Shown: positions 1 to 7,025, counted from the first letter of the stretch. The stretch: 26,332 nt of DNA from a virus (IMGVR_UViG_3300032136_000020:1-26332); one strand, 5' to 3'. Notes: generated by a model not told the origin, from the letters alone. Numbers and translations are program-made.

Positions 1-905
1 TGGTACAGGTGAGCCTGCGACAGGTCGGCCGATTGCGCTACGTACAGGCGATCATAGCCCTGGGTGAGCAGGTCACTGATCAGCACGCTGATGTCGTTAC
101 CCCTGTTGGTCAGGGTGCTGACGTGGATCTTCGTGACCAGTTCTCCATCCTGAGAATCGGTGTGGAAGTCTCCAGCATGCGGCTCGACGCCAGGCTCCTC
201 AACGTGGTACTTCCATTGAACCGTCGCGCTAACGGCATCGCTTGCCGCCGCAGTCTGGGTTTCGCCCCCGCCGCCAGAGGAGAGCACCTGGGGAACAAAC
301 AGGTTAGTCCACCTTGCGCCGTCCCAGGTAAGCACCTGCCCCCTTTCCTTGACGATCCCCTCTTCTACGTTCCGCAGGTCCTCGAGATCCGTCTCGGTGG
401 CATCTATGTCGCGACCGTCTTTGCCGTCTCGACCATCCTTGCCGTCACGCCCGTCTATGCCGTCTCTGCCGTCTATGCCGTCTCTGCCGTCGCGAACAGT
501 AGACAAACGGGCTTGTAGGCCCTCCTGGAGGCCACTGAAGTCTTTCTGGAGCCTCTCGCGTTCGGCTCTGGTCTCTTCAAGCTCAATTTCAGCCTGAGTT
601 TTGATTACAGTCTTCTCGCTCGCAAAGTCGGTCGTTGTGTAATGGTCGCCCTTGAAGTCGAACTTGGGCAGCAGGACGGTTATGGCATTGAGGACCAGGT
701 CGGCAATATCCGAGCCGCCGTCAACCACCCAGATCTTCCAGGTCGCCTGGAAGTCCTCGACTGTGGGATACTTGTCGATGTATATGTAAACGTACTCATC
801 ATAGCCAAGACCAGGCTTGCCATCAACGATGGATATGCGACCGCCTTGGCGGATCATGACGTCGCTGCCGAGGACTCTTGCAATATCGGCAGACGAGTAG
901 ATCAT
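1..905 (-). CDS. Collagen-repeat fibre-like virion protein, partial (runs off left edge)
   Basis: Absent from the ORF track. Manual translation from ATG 905: MIYSSADIARVLGSD..., coiled coil, RDGRDGIDGRDGIDGRDGKDGRDGKDGRD, then LEDLRNV...GQVLTWDGARW; no stop to position 3. Motif GGAAAACTA lies about 20 nt upstream. Confidence 0.85.
   Translation of the reverse strand, partial: MIYSSADIARVLGSDVMIRQGGRISIVDGKPGLGYDEYVYIYIDKYPTVEDFQATWKIWVVDGGSDIADLVLNAITVLLPKFDFKGDHYTTTDFASEKTVIKTQAEIELEETRAERERLQKDFSGLQEGLQARLSTVRDGRDGIDGRDGIDGRDGKDGRDGKDGRDIDATETDLEDLRNVEEGIVKERGQVLTWDGARWTNLFVPQVLSSGGGGETQTAAASDAVSATVQWKYHVEEPGVEPHAGDFHTDSQDGELVTKIHVSTLTNRGNDISVLISDLLTQGYDRLYVAQSADLSQAHLY
408..494 (-). repeat. 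9-bp period tandem repeat encoding Gly-X-Asp collagen triplets
   Basis: GAC GGC AGA/ATA/AAG units on the - strand, about 9 G-X-D triplets. Confidence 0.9.
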
Positions 906-924
906 GACCTAGAAGCGCTCGAGG

Positions 925-933
925 TAGTTTTCC
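925..933 (-). promoter_or_regulatory. Putative late promoter GGAAAACTA
   Basis: Matches GGHANNCTA, upstream of ATG 905. Confidence 0.65.
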
Positions 934-937
934 GATT

Positions 938-946
938 GGTATTCTA
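938..946 (+). promoter_or_regulatory. Putative late promoter GGTATTCTA (divergent)
   Basis: Motif match 22 nt upstream of ATG 969. Confidence 0.65.
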
Positions 947-968
947 CGGCGAGTACTCCTTATTCGAT

Positions 969-1112
969 ATGGAACCCATTGCTGCCATCGGCCTGGCTCT
1001 CTTCGTGGCCTCCGAAGTGCTTCCCTTCCTGCCCATCCCTCAGAACGGTCTGGTTCAAGCGATTGTCGCCGCCCTGATCAAGGTCTTCCCCAAGCCCCAA
1101 AAGCCTGAGTGA
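969..1112 (+). CDS. Small membrane protein, holin-like (47 aa)
   Basis: MEPIAAIGLALFVASEVLPFLPIPQNGLVQAIVAALIKVFPKPQKPE; hydrophobic with basic tail; own promoter motif and terminator. Confidence 0.7.
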   Translation: MEPIAAIGLALFVASEVLPFLPIPQNGLVQAIVAALIKVFPKPQKPE

Positions 1113-1122
1113 TTGGAACAAT

Positions 1123-1145
1123 AAGGGCCTCCGGGCCCTTTTTTT
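1123..1145 (+). terminator. Rho-independent terminator
   Basis: AAGGGCC-TCCG-GGCCCTT followed by a T run. Confidence 0.85.
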
Positions 1146-1427
1146 ATGCCTGACGTCAGATCGCTACAGGCCCTGGTCGTCGATATTATTCGCATCCTCT
1201 GGGAGCACGGTTTCTTCAACACGGTCGAATGGCTCGTAAAAATCCACGACAACTGGTTCGAGCACTGGGTGAATTGGAAGACGGCAAAAACGATGGCCGA
1301 CGTGGATCGTCAAATAAAGGAGCTTCGGCAACCTTCCGGGGTGGATGATCCCATCTACACAGAAACAGAAACAGAACTACGACTGAGGGCGCCCTGGCAT
1401 GAAGATGACAACGAGACAGGCCTGTGA
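1146..1427 (+). CDS. Hypothetical protein
   Basis: 93 aa Trp-rich ORF overlapping the next + gene; start uncertain. Confidence 0.65.
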   Translation: MPDVRSLQALVVDIIRILWEHGFFNTVEWLVKIHDNWFEHWVNWKTAKTMADVDRQIKELRQPSGVDDPIYTETETELRLRAPWHEDDNETGL

Positions 1428-1587
1428 CCTGCTGTTTCGTGGCAAGAGCAATGTACCAAGCGCAGCCAAGCAGTGCGGTCTAAGCACCGAGACCATGTTC
1501 GAGGTCTTCAGTACCTACGCAAAACAAATCCCCCTCACAGACGATGCCTGGAAGGGGGACATAGAACTGGGCTGGCCGTGGGCCTAG
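1399..1587 (+). CDS. Small hypothetical protein, possible HTH-like fold
   Basis: LF.GKSNVPSAAKQCGLS...F pattern recalled from small cyanophage proteins. Confidence 0.7.
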   Translation: MKMTTRQACDLLFRGKSNVPSAAKQCGLSTETMFEVFSTYAKQIPLTDDAWKGDIELGWPWA

Positions 1588-1823
1588 AAGAACAAGGTCT
1601 TGACGATCTTGTAGATTGAGGCGATAGCGAAGACGACGCTCGCAAACAGGGTGGACCAGGAGCGGGTGCGGATCGTGTGCGGGGTCAGGAAGCACTCACC
1701 CAGAAGGTAGAGCCCGGCCCCAAACAGGCCAATATCCCCCATGAGGAGGATGTAGCCAGACAGGAAAAGCCCGTTTGCAATGTCACGGGACCTGTCGGTG
1801 TAGTCTTTTTCGTATGGTTTCAT
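1584..1823 (-). CDS. Small membrane protein (79 aa)
   Basis: From ATG 1823 (MKPYEKDY...), 2-3 hydrophobic segments; the longer track start overlaps the upstream gene. Confidence 0.65.
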   Translation of the reverse strand: MKPYEKDYTDRSRDIANGLFLSGYILLMGDIGLFGAGLYLLGECFLTPHTIRTRSWSTLFASVVFAIASIYKIVKTLFF

Positions 1824-1839
1824 GCCCCCAGTATAGGGG

Positions 1840-2103
1840 TTAGCACTTCCAGCGTCGACGTGCTGCCTTGCCGCGAGGTCCGGTCCAGCCTCTGCTGCGA
1901 GCACAGAAGGACTTGCGACGCTTGGCCGCCTTACTGCCAGGTTCGACCTTCCCAGTCACGGGAGCCTTCAGGTTGCTACCGGTGGCGCGATTGTAACGCT
2001 TGCGACCTTTTGCTGTTAGTCCGCCGCCCCGCTTTACGCTGAGCTTTTCGCCCCTGCCCACGCTTAGGCTTGGACCCTTTTTGCGCTTTTTGCTTTCGGC
2101 CAT
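1840..2103 (-). CDS. Highly basic phage protein, DUF6321-like
   Basis: GGLTAKGRKRYNRATGSNLKAPVTG...KRRKSFCAR...RRWKC signature. Confidence 0.8.
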   Translation of the reverse strand: MAESKKRKKGPSLSVGRGEKLSVKRGGGLTAKGRKRYNRATGSNLKAPVTGKVEPGSKAAKRRKSFCARSRGWTGPRGKAARRRWKC

Positions 2104-2136
2104 TGGTTTGCTGTGCGATGGAAAGGGGTAGTGGCA

Positions 2137-2457
2137 TTACTTCTTCTTGCGGGGCTTGTAGCCAGGCTTAGACTTGCGAGCAGATCCGCCACTAGCCAGT
2201 CGACCGTTGTTGCCGTGGCCGTTGCGAGCGCGATTCTTGGAGGCGTTCTCCAACTTGAACTTGCCACCCTTGGCATGGCTAACGTCGGGACCGCCTTGGC
2301 CCATGATTCCGCGAGCACGGCGCTCCTTGGCAAGCTCTGCGCGATACTTCTTACGAGCAGGCTTAGCGTTACGTTTTTTGTCGTAGGCTAGTTTCTTTTT
2401 GTAGGCTTCTGGGTTGGACTTGTAAAAGTCGGCAGTCTTGCGTTTCCTAGCAGCCAT
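2137..2457 (-). CDS. Basic protein with degenerate HNH-like motif
   Basis: K/R-rich; G.DVSH..GG....EN.SKNRARN motif. Confidence 0.75.
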   Translation of the reverse strand: MAARKRKTADFYKSNPEAYKKKLAYDKKRNAKPARKKYRAELAKERRARGIMGQGGPDVSHAKGGKFKLENASKNRARNGHGNNGRLASGGSARKSKPGYKPRKKK

Positions 2458-2459
2458 CT

Positions 2460-2759
2460 TCAGTCCTCCTCGCCAGTGTGCTTTCTTAACTTACCTCTAA
2501 GCCGACGGATGGTGGCGTCCTGGGCGTAGACGTGGTAATCAAGTTTCTCCTCGAAGCGGCCTAGCGTCGTGAAGAGGCGGTCGAAAGCAAGTTCAAAATC
2601 CTTCTTTGTAACGTACTCTTCAGCCAGCTTCAATTCTACCTTAGCAACTACATCCAAAGAACGCCTGGCAGCAATCATTGCATCCTCAGCTTTTCGCCAA
2701 GTGAAGCCGCCCCAGCCTAGGAGTGCCGCAGTCATCGCAGCGAGAAGGTATTCAGGCAC
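2460..2759 (-). CDS. Membrane-anchored coiled-coil protein (holin/lysis-associated candidate)
   Basis: GTG start, N-terminal TM, then VELKLAEEYVTKKDF...RFEEKLD. Confidence 0.7.
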   Translation of the reverse strand: MPEYLLAAMTAALLGWGGFTWRKAEDAMIAARRSLDVVAKVELKLAEEYVTKKDFELAFDRLFTTLGRFEEKLDYHVYAQDATIRRLRGKLRKHTGEED

Positions 2760-3010
2760 GGAGACGATGAGGCATCTACTTTTAGCTTACCGTCAACATG
2801 CTCGTTTTTAGCTGGTTCCATGCCAAACATAACACCAAGCTGATGCAAGTGTTCGGGAGACCGAGCGCACAGGGCGAACATGAATGTTGCCATGCCAGCC
2901 AGGAACATGCTGGCACCATACGCGGCCAGGTAAAAGCGCACTTCCTTCCGGCAGTTGCTAATGCTTGCGCAACTGGGGGCGAGGCATGTTTTGCAGCGCT
3001 TGCGGGTCAT
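2732..3010 (-). CDS. Hypothetical protein with Cys cluster and one TM segment
   Basis: CxxCxxxxCxxxxxC then a hydrophobic helix; ATGA overlap with the upstream gene. Confidence 0.55.
   Translation of the reverse strand: MTRKRCKTCLAPSCASISNCRKEVRFYLAAYGASMFLAGMATFMFALCARSPEHLHQLGVMFGMEPAKNEHVDGKLKVDASSSPCLNTFSLR
2783..2791 (-). promoter_or_regulatory. Putative late promoter GGTAAGCTA
   Basis: Motif match 23 nt upstream of start 2759. Confidence 0.55.
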
Positions 3011-3180
3011 AGGTCTGAGCCGTCGAGATTCTTCTGGCCAGGCTCGTAGCCCCTGCCCTTGAGATCAGTTACGGGGTCGGCGATATCAACCTCGGTCACG
3101 ATAGCCATGCCCGCATCTGCGTCGGCGTCGATATTGATCCCGTCGATGTACCGAGGACCTACAGTGTATGTAACATCCAT
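3007..3180 (-). CDS. Small acidic protein (57 aa), not in ORF track
   Basis: MDVTYTVGPRYIDGINIDADADAGMAIVTEVDIADPVTDLKGRGYEPGQKNLDGSDL; ATGA-coupled to the next gene; motif upstream. Confidence 0.75.
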   Translation of the reverse strand: MDVTYTVGPRYIDGINIDADADAGMAIVTEVDIADPVTDLKGRGYEPGQKNLDGSDL

Positions 3181-3208
3181 AACATTAAAAGGGGCACCCC
3201 AGCAATGC

Positions 3209-3217
3209 TAGGATACC
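3209..3217 (-). promoter_or_regulatory. Putative late promoter GGTATCCTA
   Basis: Intergenic motif match upstream of 3180. Confidence 0.65.
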
Positions 3218-3257
3218 CAACATAATTATTCTCTGTTCAGGGTTTATTAGCCTCCCC

Positions 3258-3605
3258 TCACAGAAGCTTACGGCACTCGGCGAGGATGTCGGCTTTGCGG
3301 TCGTTGTTAGGCAGATCCACACCGCGCTCCATGGCGAATGCCAGCAGCTCAGCCTTGGTCATCTCCTCAAGGTTGTCCTCACTACCTTCGGCTTTGATGG
3401 CATCGGGCTCGAACGCATCCACTCCGACCTCAACCAGGGTCTCGGGAACAGGCTTGGGCTCGTGAGCCTTGATCGGCTTGTTGGGCTCAGCGCCTTCTTC
3501 AACAAAGCCTTTTGCCAGCAGCTCGCGGGCTTGAACGGTGTAATATGCTGCACGACGCTCCTCGCCCTTGACGAAGTAGGTCGGCATCTTCTCAAGGTGC
3601 GCCAT
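3258..3605 (-). CDS. Protein with C-terminal HeH/Rho-N-like helical domain
   Basis: LEEMTKAELLAFAMERGVDLPNNDRKADIL pattern; such genes commonly follow capsid genes. Confidence 0.75.
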   Translation of the reverse strand: MAHLEKMPTYFVKGEERRAAYYTVQARELLAKGFVEEGAEPNKPIKAHEPKPVPETLVEVGVDAFEPDAIKAEGSEDNLEEMTKAELLAFAMERGVDLPNNDRKADILAECRKLL

Positions 3606-3606
3606 G

Positions 3607-3633
3607 AAAAAAAAGGGGCCGTAAAGACCCCTT
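3607..3633 (-). terminator. Rho-independent terminator
   Basis: AAGGGGTC-TTTAC-GGCCCCTT plus T run on the - strand. Confidence 0.75.
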
Positions 3634-3641
3634 AGCTTTCC
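3633..3641 (-). promoter_or_regulatory. Putative late promoter GGAAAGCTA
   Basis: Motif match abutting the terminator stem. Confidence 0.6.
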
Positions 3642-3660
3642 TATTCAGTTGTCAGAGAGA

Positions 3661-4155
3661 TCAGCGGCGGCGGTCTTTTTGGATAGCTTTCCAGGCCTCC
3701 TCCTCGGTGCGGAATGTCCCTAGGTACCTCTTCCTGCCTCCCCGACCAGATCCTGGGACATGGTATTGAGCCATCCAGCGACCCGAAGACAATAGAGTAA
3801 CTCCTGGGTATTGAGAGCTGCCACCACGCCATCTCTGATTTTGGTTTTGAAGGTACGCATCGGCCAATCGGAGGTTGGATGGGGCATTGTCATCCCTGTC
3901 CATATTTTCATGATCGACAGTCAGATGAGGGTCTTTCTGGTTTGCCAGCGCCCATACAATGCGATGGCACCTGTAGTCCTTGCCTTGAATGCGGATCTTC
4001 CAGTAGCCCTTCTGTCCATGGGAGCCCGCCATCCGACCCAGCATGTATTTTTTGTTGCTAGCGGGCGCTTTTTTCCACCGCAAGCCGCTGCCCAGTTCTG
4101 GGGCAAGCTCAAGGTGTTCGTTGATCCAGTCGAGAGGGACGGGGATAAAAGGCAT
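3661..4155 (-). CDS. HNH homing endonuclease with AP2-like C-terminal domain
   Basis: HRIVW...VDHENMDRDDNAPSNLR...N; YPGV...GRWMAQ...YLGTFRTEEEA. Confidence 0.9.
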   Translation of the reverse strand: MPFIPVPLDWINEHLELAPELGSGLRWKKAPASNKKYMLGRMAGSHGQKGYWKIRIQGKDYRCHRIVWALANQKDPHLTVDHENMDRDDNAPSNLRLADAYLQNQNQRWRGGSSQYPGVTLLSSGRWMAQYHVPGSGRGGRKRYLGTFRTEEEAWKAIQKDRRR

Positions 4156-4177
4156 TGTCGCTAATGAGCGGTTCCAG

Positions 4178-4199
4178 AAAAGGGGCTCAGAGGCCCCTT
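4178..4199 (-). terminator. Rho-independent terminator
   Basis: AAGGGGC-CTCTGA-GCCCCTTTT after the cement-like gene. Confidence 0.7.
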
Positions 4200-4226
4200 G
4201 ACTGTATTCAGTTTACCAGGCTGGAT

Positions 4227-4592
4227 CTATCGGCGCGGGCCGTCAACCAGCTCCAGGTAGACGCCACCAGCGATGGCAGCAGTGCCACCCAGGGTGTAGA
4301 ACGCATCATTGTCGTCTGCGTCACACAGAGCGCCGCGGACATGAGCGATGCCCACGCCGTTAGCATCGAGGTCAGCCAGGTTGAAGTCCACAGCCTGACC
4401 GCCGAGGGTCACGGTGATCTTGTTGGTGCCAGCGTCATCGATGCCGGAAGCGCCGACCACGACGATGCGGATGGTCTTGGCAGCGGTCAGGGTGATGGGA
4501 GCGTCGGTGCCGGTGGCGGTAGCGGTGATTTTGCAGCTATCGTCGAGGTTAAAACCTTCGCGAGGGAAAAGGCCAGTAGAACGTGCAGCCAT
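4227..4592 (-). CDS. Capsid cement/decoration-like protein, paralog 2
   Basis: Small beta-rich protein two genes downstream of MCP; paralog of 4673..5074. Confidence 0.65.
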   Translation of the reverse strand: MAARSTGLFPREGFNLDDSCKITATATGTDAPITLTAAKTIRIVVVGASGIDDAGTNKITVTLGGQAVDFNLADLDANGVGIAHVRGALCDADDNDAFYTLGGTAAIAGGVYLELVDGPRR

Positions 4593-4672
4593 TGGAAAAA
4601 CTCCAGAAGTGTTAGGTGAGAGGTAGCCCGCCCCGCAGAGTTGTGGCGCGGCTAGCTACCTTATTATGCCAA

Positions 4673-5074
4673 TCAGCGGGCAGGGCCGTCGACAAGCTCG
4701 ATTCCGATGAACTCGAAAGTCAAGGACTGGCCAGTACCGCCGTTATCGGCACCAGGAGTCAGCGTGTAAGAGCAGGGAGTCGGAGAGGGAAGACCGTATC
4801 CGCGGTGGTGCGCAACGAAGACGCCGTTTGCGTCAGTAGCAGCCAGGAGATCGTCGATAGCAAAGCTATGGGTTTTGCCGCCGATCTCGTAAGCAAAGGT
4901 ACCTGCACCGCCGTCCACGGTTGCAGCAACTTCCTGGAGGCCAGCGATAACAACACGGAAAGAGCGAACAGACCCCAGGTTGACGGGAGCGTCAGCTTCA
5001 ACAGGGAAGATCTGGAAGGCGTTGTCGAGATTAAATCCTTCGCGGGGGAACATGCCCGTAGAGCGAGCAGCCAT
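4673..5074 (-). CDS. Capsid cement/decoration-like protein, paralog 1
   Basis: ATG 5074, MAARSTGMFPREGFNLD...ELVDGPAR; directly downstream of MCP. Confidence 0.65.
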   Translation of the reverse strand: MAARSTGMFPREGFNLDNAFQIFPVEADAPVNLGSVRSFRVVIAGLQEVAATVDGGAGTFAYEIGGKTHSFAIDDLLAATDANGVFVAHHRGYGLPSPTPCSYTLTPGADNGGTGQSLTFEFIGIELVDGPAR

Positions 5075-5098
5075 GGTAATCAAGGCATGTGTACTTTA

Positions 5099-5107
5099 TA
5101 GATTGCC
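5099..5107 (-). promoter_or_regulatory. Putative late promoter GGCAATCTA
   Basis: Motif match between the MCP terminator and ATG 5074. Confidence 0.7.
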
Positions 5108-5113
5108 AAGCAT

Positions 5114-5140
5114 AAAAAAAGAGCCCCCCGAAGGAGGCTC
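5114..5140 (-). terminator. Rho-independent terminator after MCP
   Basis: GAGCCTCC-TTCG-GGGGGCTC-T7, with a cUUCGg loop. Confidence 0.9.
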
Positions 5141-5160
5141 AGAAGATCTAGGAGGCTAGA

Positions 5161-6066
5161 TCAGGCGCCAGGATTGATGGTGGCGTCGAAGTCAGCGATC
5201 CGAGCAGCTGCACGGCCGTTGATCAGAGCCAGGCCGCAGTACCACTCAACACGGGTGATGAGCTGGGGCTGAGCGTGGGACTCACCCAGTTCGCGGACGT
5301 TAACGCCGCCGTTCTGGATGCCGGTCAGGAGCTCGTTACCGAAGGCAACGACATAAGCGTCCTGGGAGGTAGGGGTGGCGTCGAGGATGGCAACGTTCTT
5401 GTGGTCGCGATCCAGCTCGAGCACGGGCAGACCGGCGTAAACCATCTGCTGGTAACCGAACTCGGTACGAACGATGTCGACCTGAGTGTTGGTACGAGCT
5501 TGACGGCTCAGGGCGCGACGAGCGGACTTCGACATGACCAGATACTTACGGCCGCCTTGGGCGTCCACAGCATCGATGGCTTCATCGAGGGTGCCCAGAT
5601 CCAGGGCCTGACCACCAGCGGTGCCGTTCTGGAAATACTGGCTGGAGCCAGAAGCGATACGAGCGGCCAGGCCGTCGAACTCAGAGGGGGACTGGTTGGA
5701 GTCGCCGTTGATGAACAGGGCTTCCCAAGCCATGCGCATTGCGCGGACGCGGGACTGGATTTGATAAGCCTTGGCCTCAGCGCCCTCGAGGTCGACGATA
5801 GCGCGGTCAACCTTGATGTCGCCACCGAAGAGCTTCAGGCTCTCGGACTGTTGGCTGACTTCAGCATAGCTCTCAGCCAGGGCGCCGTTGTAGTTACGGA
5901 ATCCCACATCGGGAAGAGCTTCTTCACGCTTCCAGAAAAGGCCGTTGCCTTCAATGTTGCGGAAGGGGAGTGCAGACATGAGCTGGCCAGCAGCAAGCTC
6001 GGTCACCACCGCCAGTTCCTGGGGGGTGCGAGCATGCTTCTGGGCTTCCAGAAGAGTAAGTGCCAT
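5161..6066 (-). CDS. Major capsid protein (HK97 fold)
   Basis: MALTLLEA..., LPFRNIEGN..REEALPDVGFR.YN, GGDIKVD, EFDGL, RVEWYCGLA; strong codon bias; follows scaffold; strong terminator. Confidence 0.92.
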   Translation of the reverse strand: MALTLLEAQKHARTPQELAVVTELAAGQLMSALPFRNIEGNGLFWKREEALPDVGFRNYNGALAESYAEVSQQSESLKLFGGDIKVDRAIVDLEGAEAKAYQIQSRVRAMRMAWEALFINGDSNQSPSEFDGLAARIASGSSQYFQNGTAGGQALDLGTLDEAIDAVDAQGGRKYLVMSKSARRALSRQARTNTQVDIVRTEFGYQQMVYAGLPVLELDRDHKNVAILDATPTSQDAYVVAFGNELLTGIQNGGVNVRELGESHAQPQLITRVEWYCGLALINGRAAARIADFDATINPGA

Positions 6067-6112
6067 TGTTAGATCCTCAAAAAAATGGATGAACTAGGTT
6101 TGGTGAATCGGT

Positions 6113-6177
6113 CCACGTCTCGTGGTATCCGCAGACACCCTTCCAAGCTCAGCCGTCTCGGCCTTACTGTACGGGTG
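6113..6177 (-). promoter_or_regulatory. Structured MCP mRNA leader with two GAGAC-loop hairpins
   Basis: GCC-GAGAC-GGC (6152-6162) inside a CACCC/GGGTG stem, and CCAC-GAGAC-GTGG (6113-6125). Confidence 0.55.
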
Positions 6178-6203
6178 CTCTATAAGAAGGATACCTATTT
6201 AAG

Positions 6204-6225
6204 AAAAATGGGGGCAAAAGCCCCC
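6204..6225 (-). terminator. Probable terminator after scaffold gene
   Basis: GGGGGC-TTTT-GCCCCC-ATTTTT. Confidence 0.65.
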
Positions 6226-6247
6226 GGGACGTGAACTTATCTTGGTA

Positions 6248-6988
6248 TCACTTAAAGGCTCGCTGGAAAAGCTCCTCGGGGGAGAGTCCAGTCAGATCCT
6301 CAACAGGCATACCATTTGTGTCGGTACCGCCGTAGCCGATACCTGCGCCCGCACCCTTGGCGCCCTTGAAAAAGGTGCCGTAGATCGGGTGAACCTTGTA
6401 CGAAGAGACAAAGTCCTCAGGGGTGATGCGCTTGCCAGACTCTTTGTCCAGCAGGGGATCGCCAGCGGCGTCCACTACAGTCAACGAGCCATCGGCTTCC
6501 TGGCGGAAGCGGGTTTGCATCTGCTGAGCGAACATGTCGTAGAACGACACGCCGTCTGCAGCGTCGGAGCGGCCACCAGCGGCGAAGAAGACCTTCTCCA
6601 TGGCAGTGCGCTTCTTGTACTCAGCCAACGCAGCCTTGGCGGCATCAGCTTCTTTACGTGCCTCTTGAGCCTGAGTGGAGTACTTGGTCTCAATAGCGTC
6701 GCGAGCTTCGCCCCACTGAGCCTGCAAGCGGGCAGCCTCGGCGGCCTCCTGCTGCAGCTTCATGTACTCGTCGGGGTTGATCTCAGCGAACTTCTCAAGA
6801 TGAGTCTTGCTCTCCTTGAGTTCGCGCTCGTACTGTTTACGAGCATCGCGTTCGGCCTTAAGGGCCTTGAGAAGGTTCTCAGCCTCGGAGCGGGGCATCA
6901 TCTCTTCGCCAGTGGCGGGAGCCTTAGCCTCAACTTCGTTAGCTGCAACCGGAGCTTCCATCTCGGGAGCTTTGTTCTCTTCGGACAT
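6248..6988 (-). CDS. Capsid scaffolding protein
   Basis: Acidic coiled coil (LLKALKAER...), Gly-rich C-terminal linker F..KGAGAG; immediately upstream of MCP. Confidence 0.85.
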   Translation of the reverse strand: MSEENKAPEMEAPVAANEVEAKAPATGEEMMPRSEAENLLKALKAERDARKQYERELKESKTHLEKFAEINPDEYMKLQQEAAEAARLQAQWGEARDAIETKYSTQAQEARKEADAAKAALAEYKKRTAMEKVFFAAGGRSDAADGVSFYDMFAQQMQTRFRQEADGSLTVVDAAGDPLLDKESGKRITPEDFVSSYKVHPIYGTFFKGAKGAGAGIGYGGTDTNGMPVEDLTGLSPEELFQRAFK

Positions 6989-7025
6989 GGTTTCTCGGGC
7001 GTCTCACCCGTTGAAATTACGCCCG

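Noticed and set aside
9-597. + strand ORFs 9..518 and 349..597 with SRPSLP or AVYAVS repeats
   Set aside because: Antisense shadows of the - strand collagen-repeat gene.
642-968. N-terminal extension of ORF 642..1112
   Set aside because: Antisense to the collagen gene; promoter motif and composition support ATG 969.
3661-4155. Group I intron around HNH genes
   Set aside because: Flanking genes are intact and no intron core elements were recognised.
4209-6195. One-mismatch promoter variants (GGTAAACTG 4209-4217, GGCATAATA 4662-4670, GGTATCCTT 6187-6195; also 25650-25658)
   Set aside because: Positions are plausible but the matches are too degenerate to list as features without TSS data.
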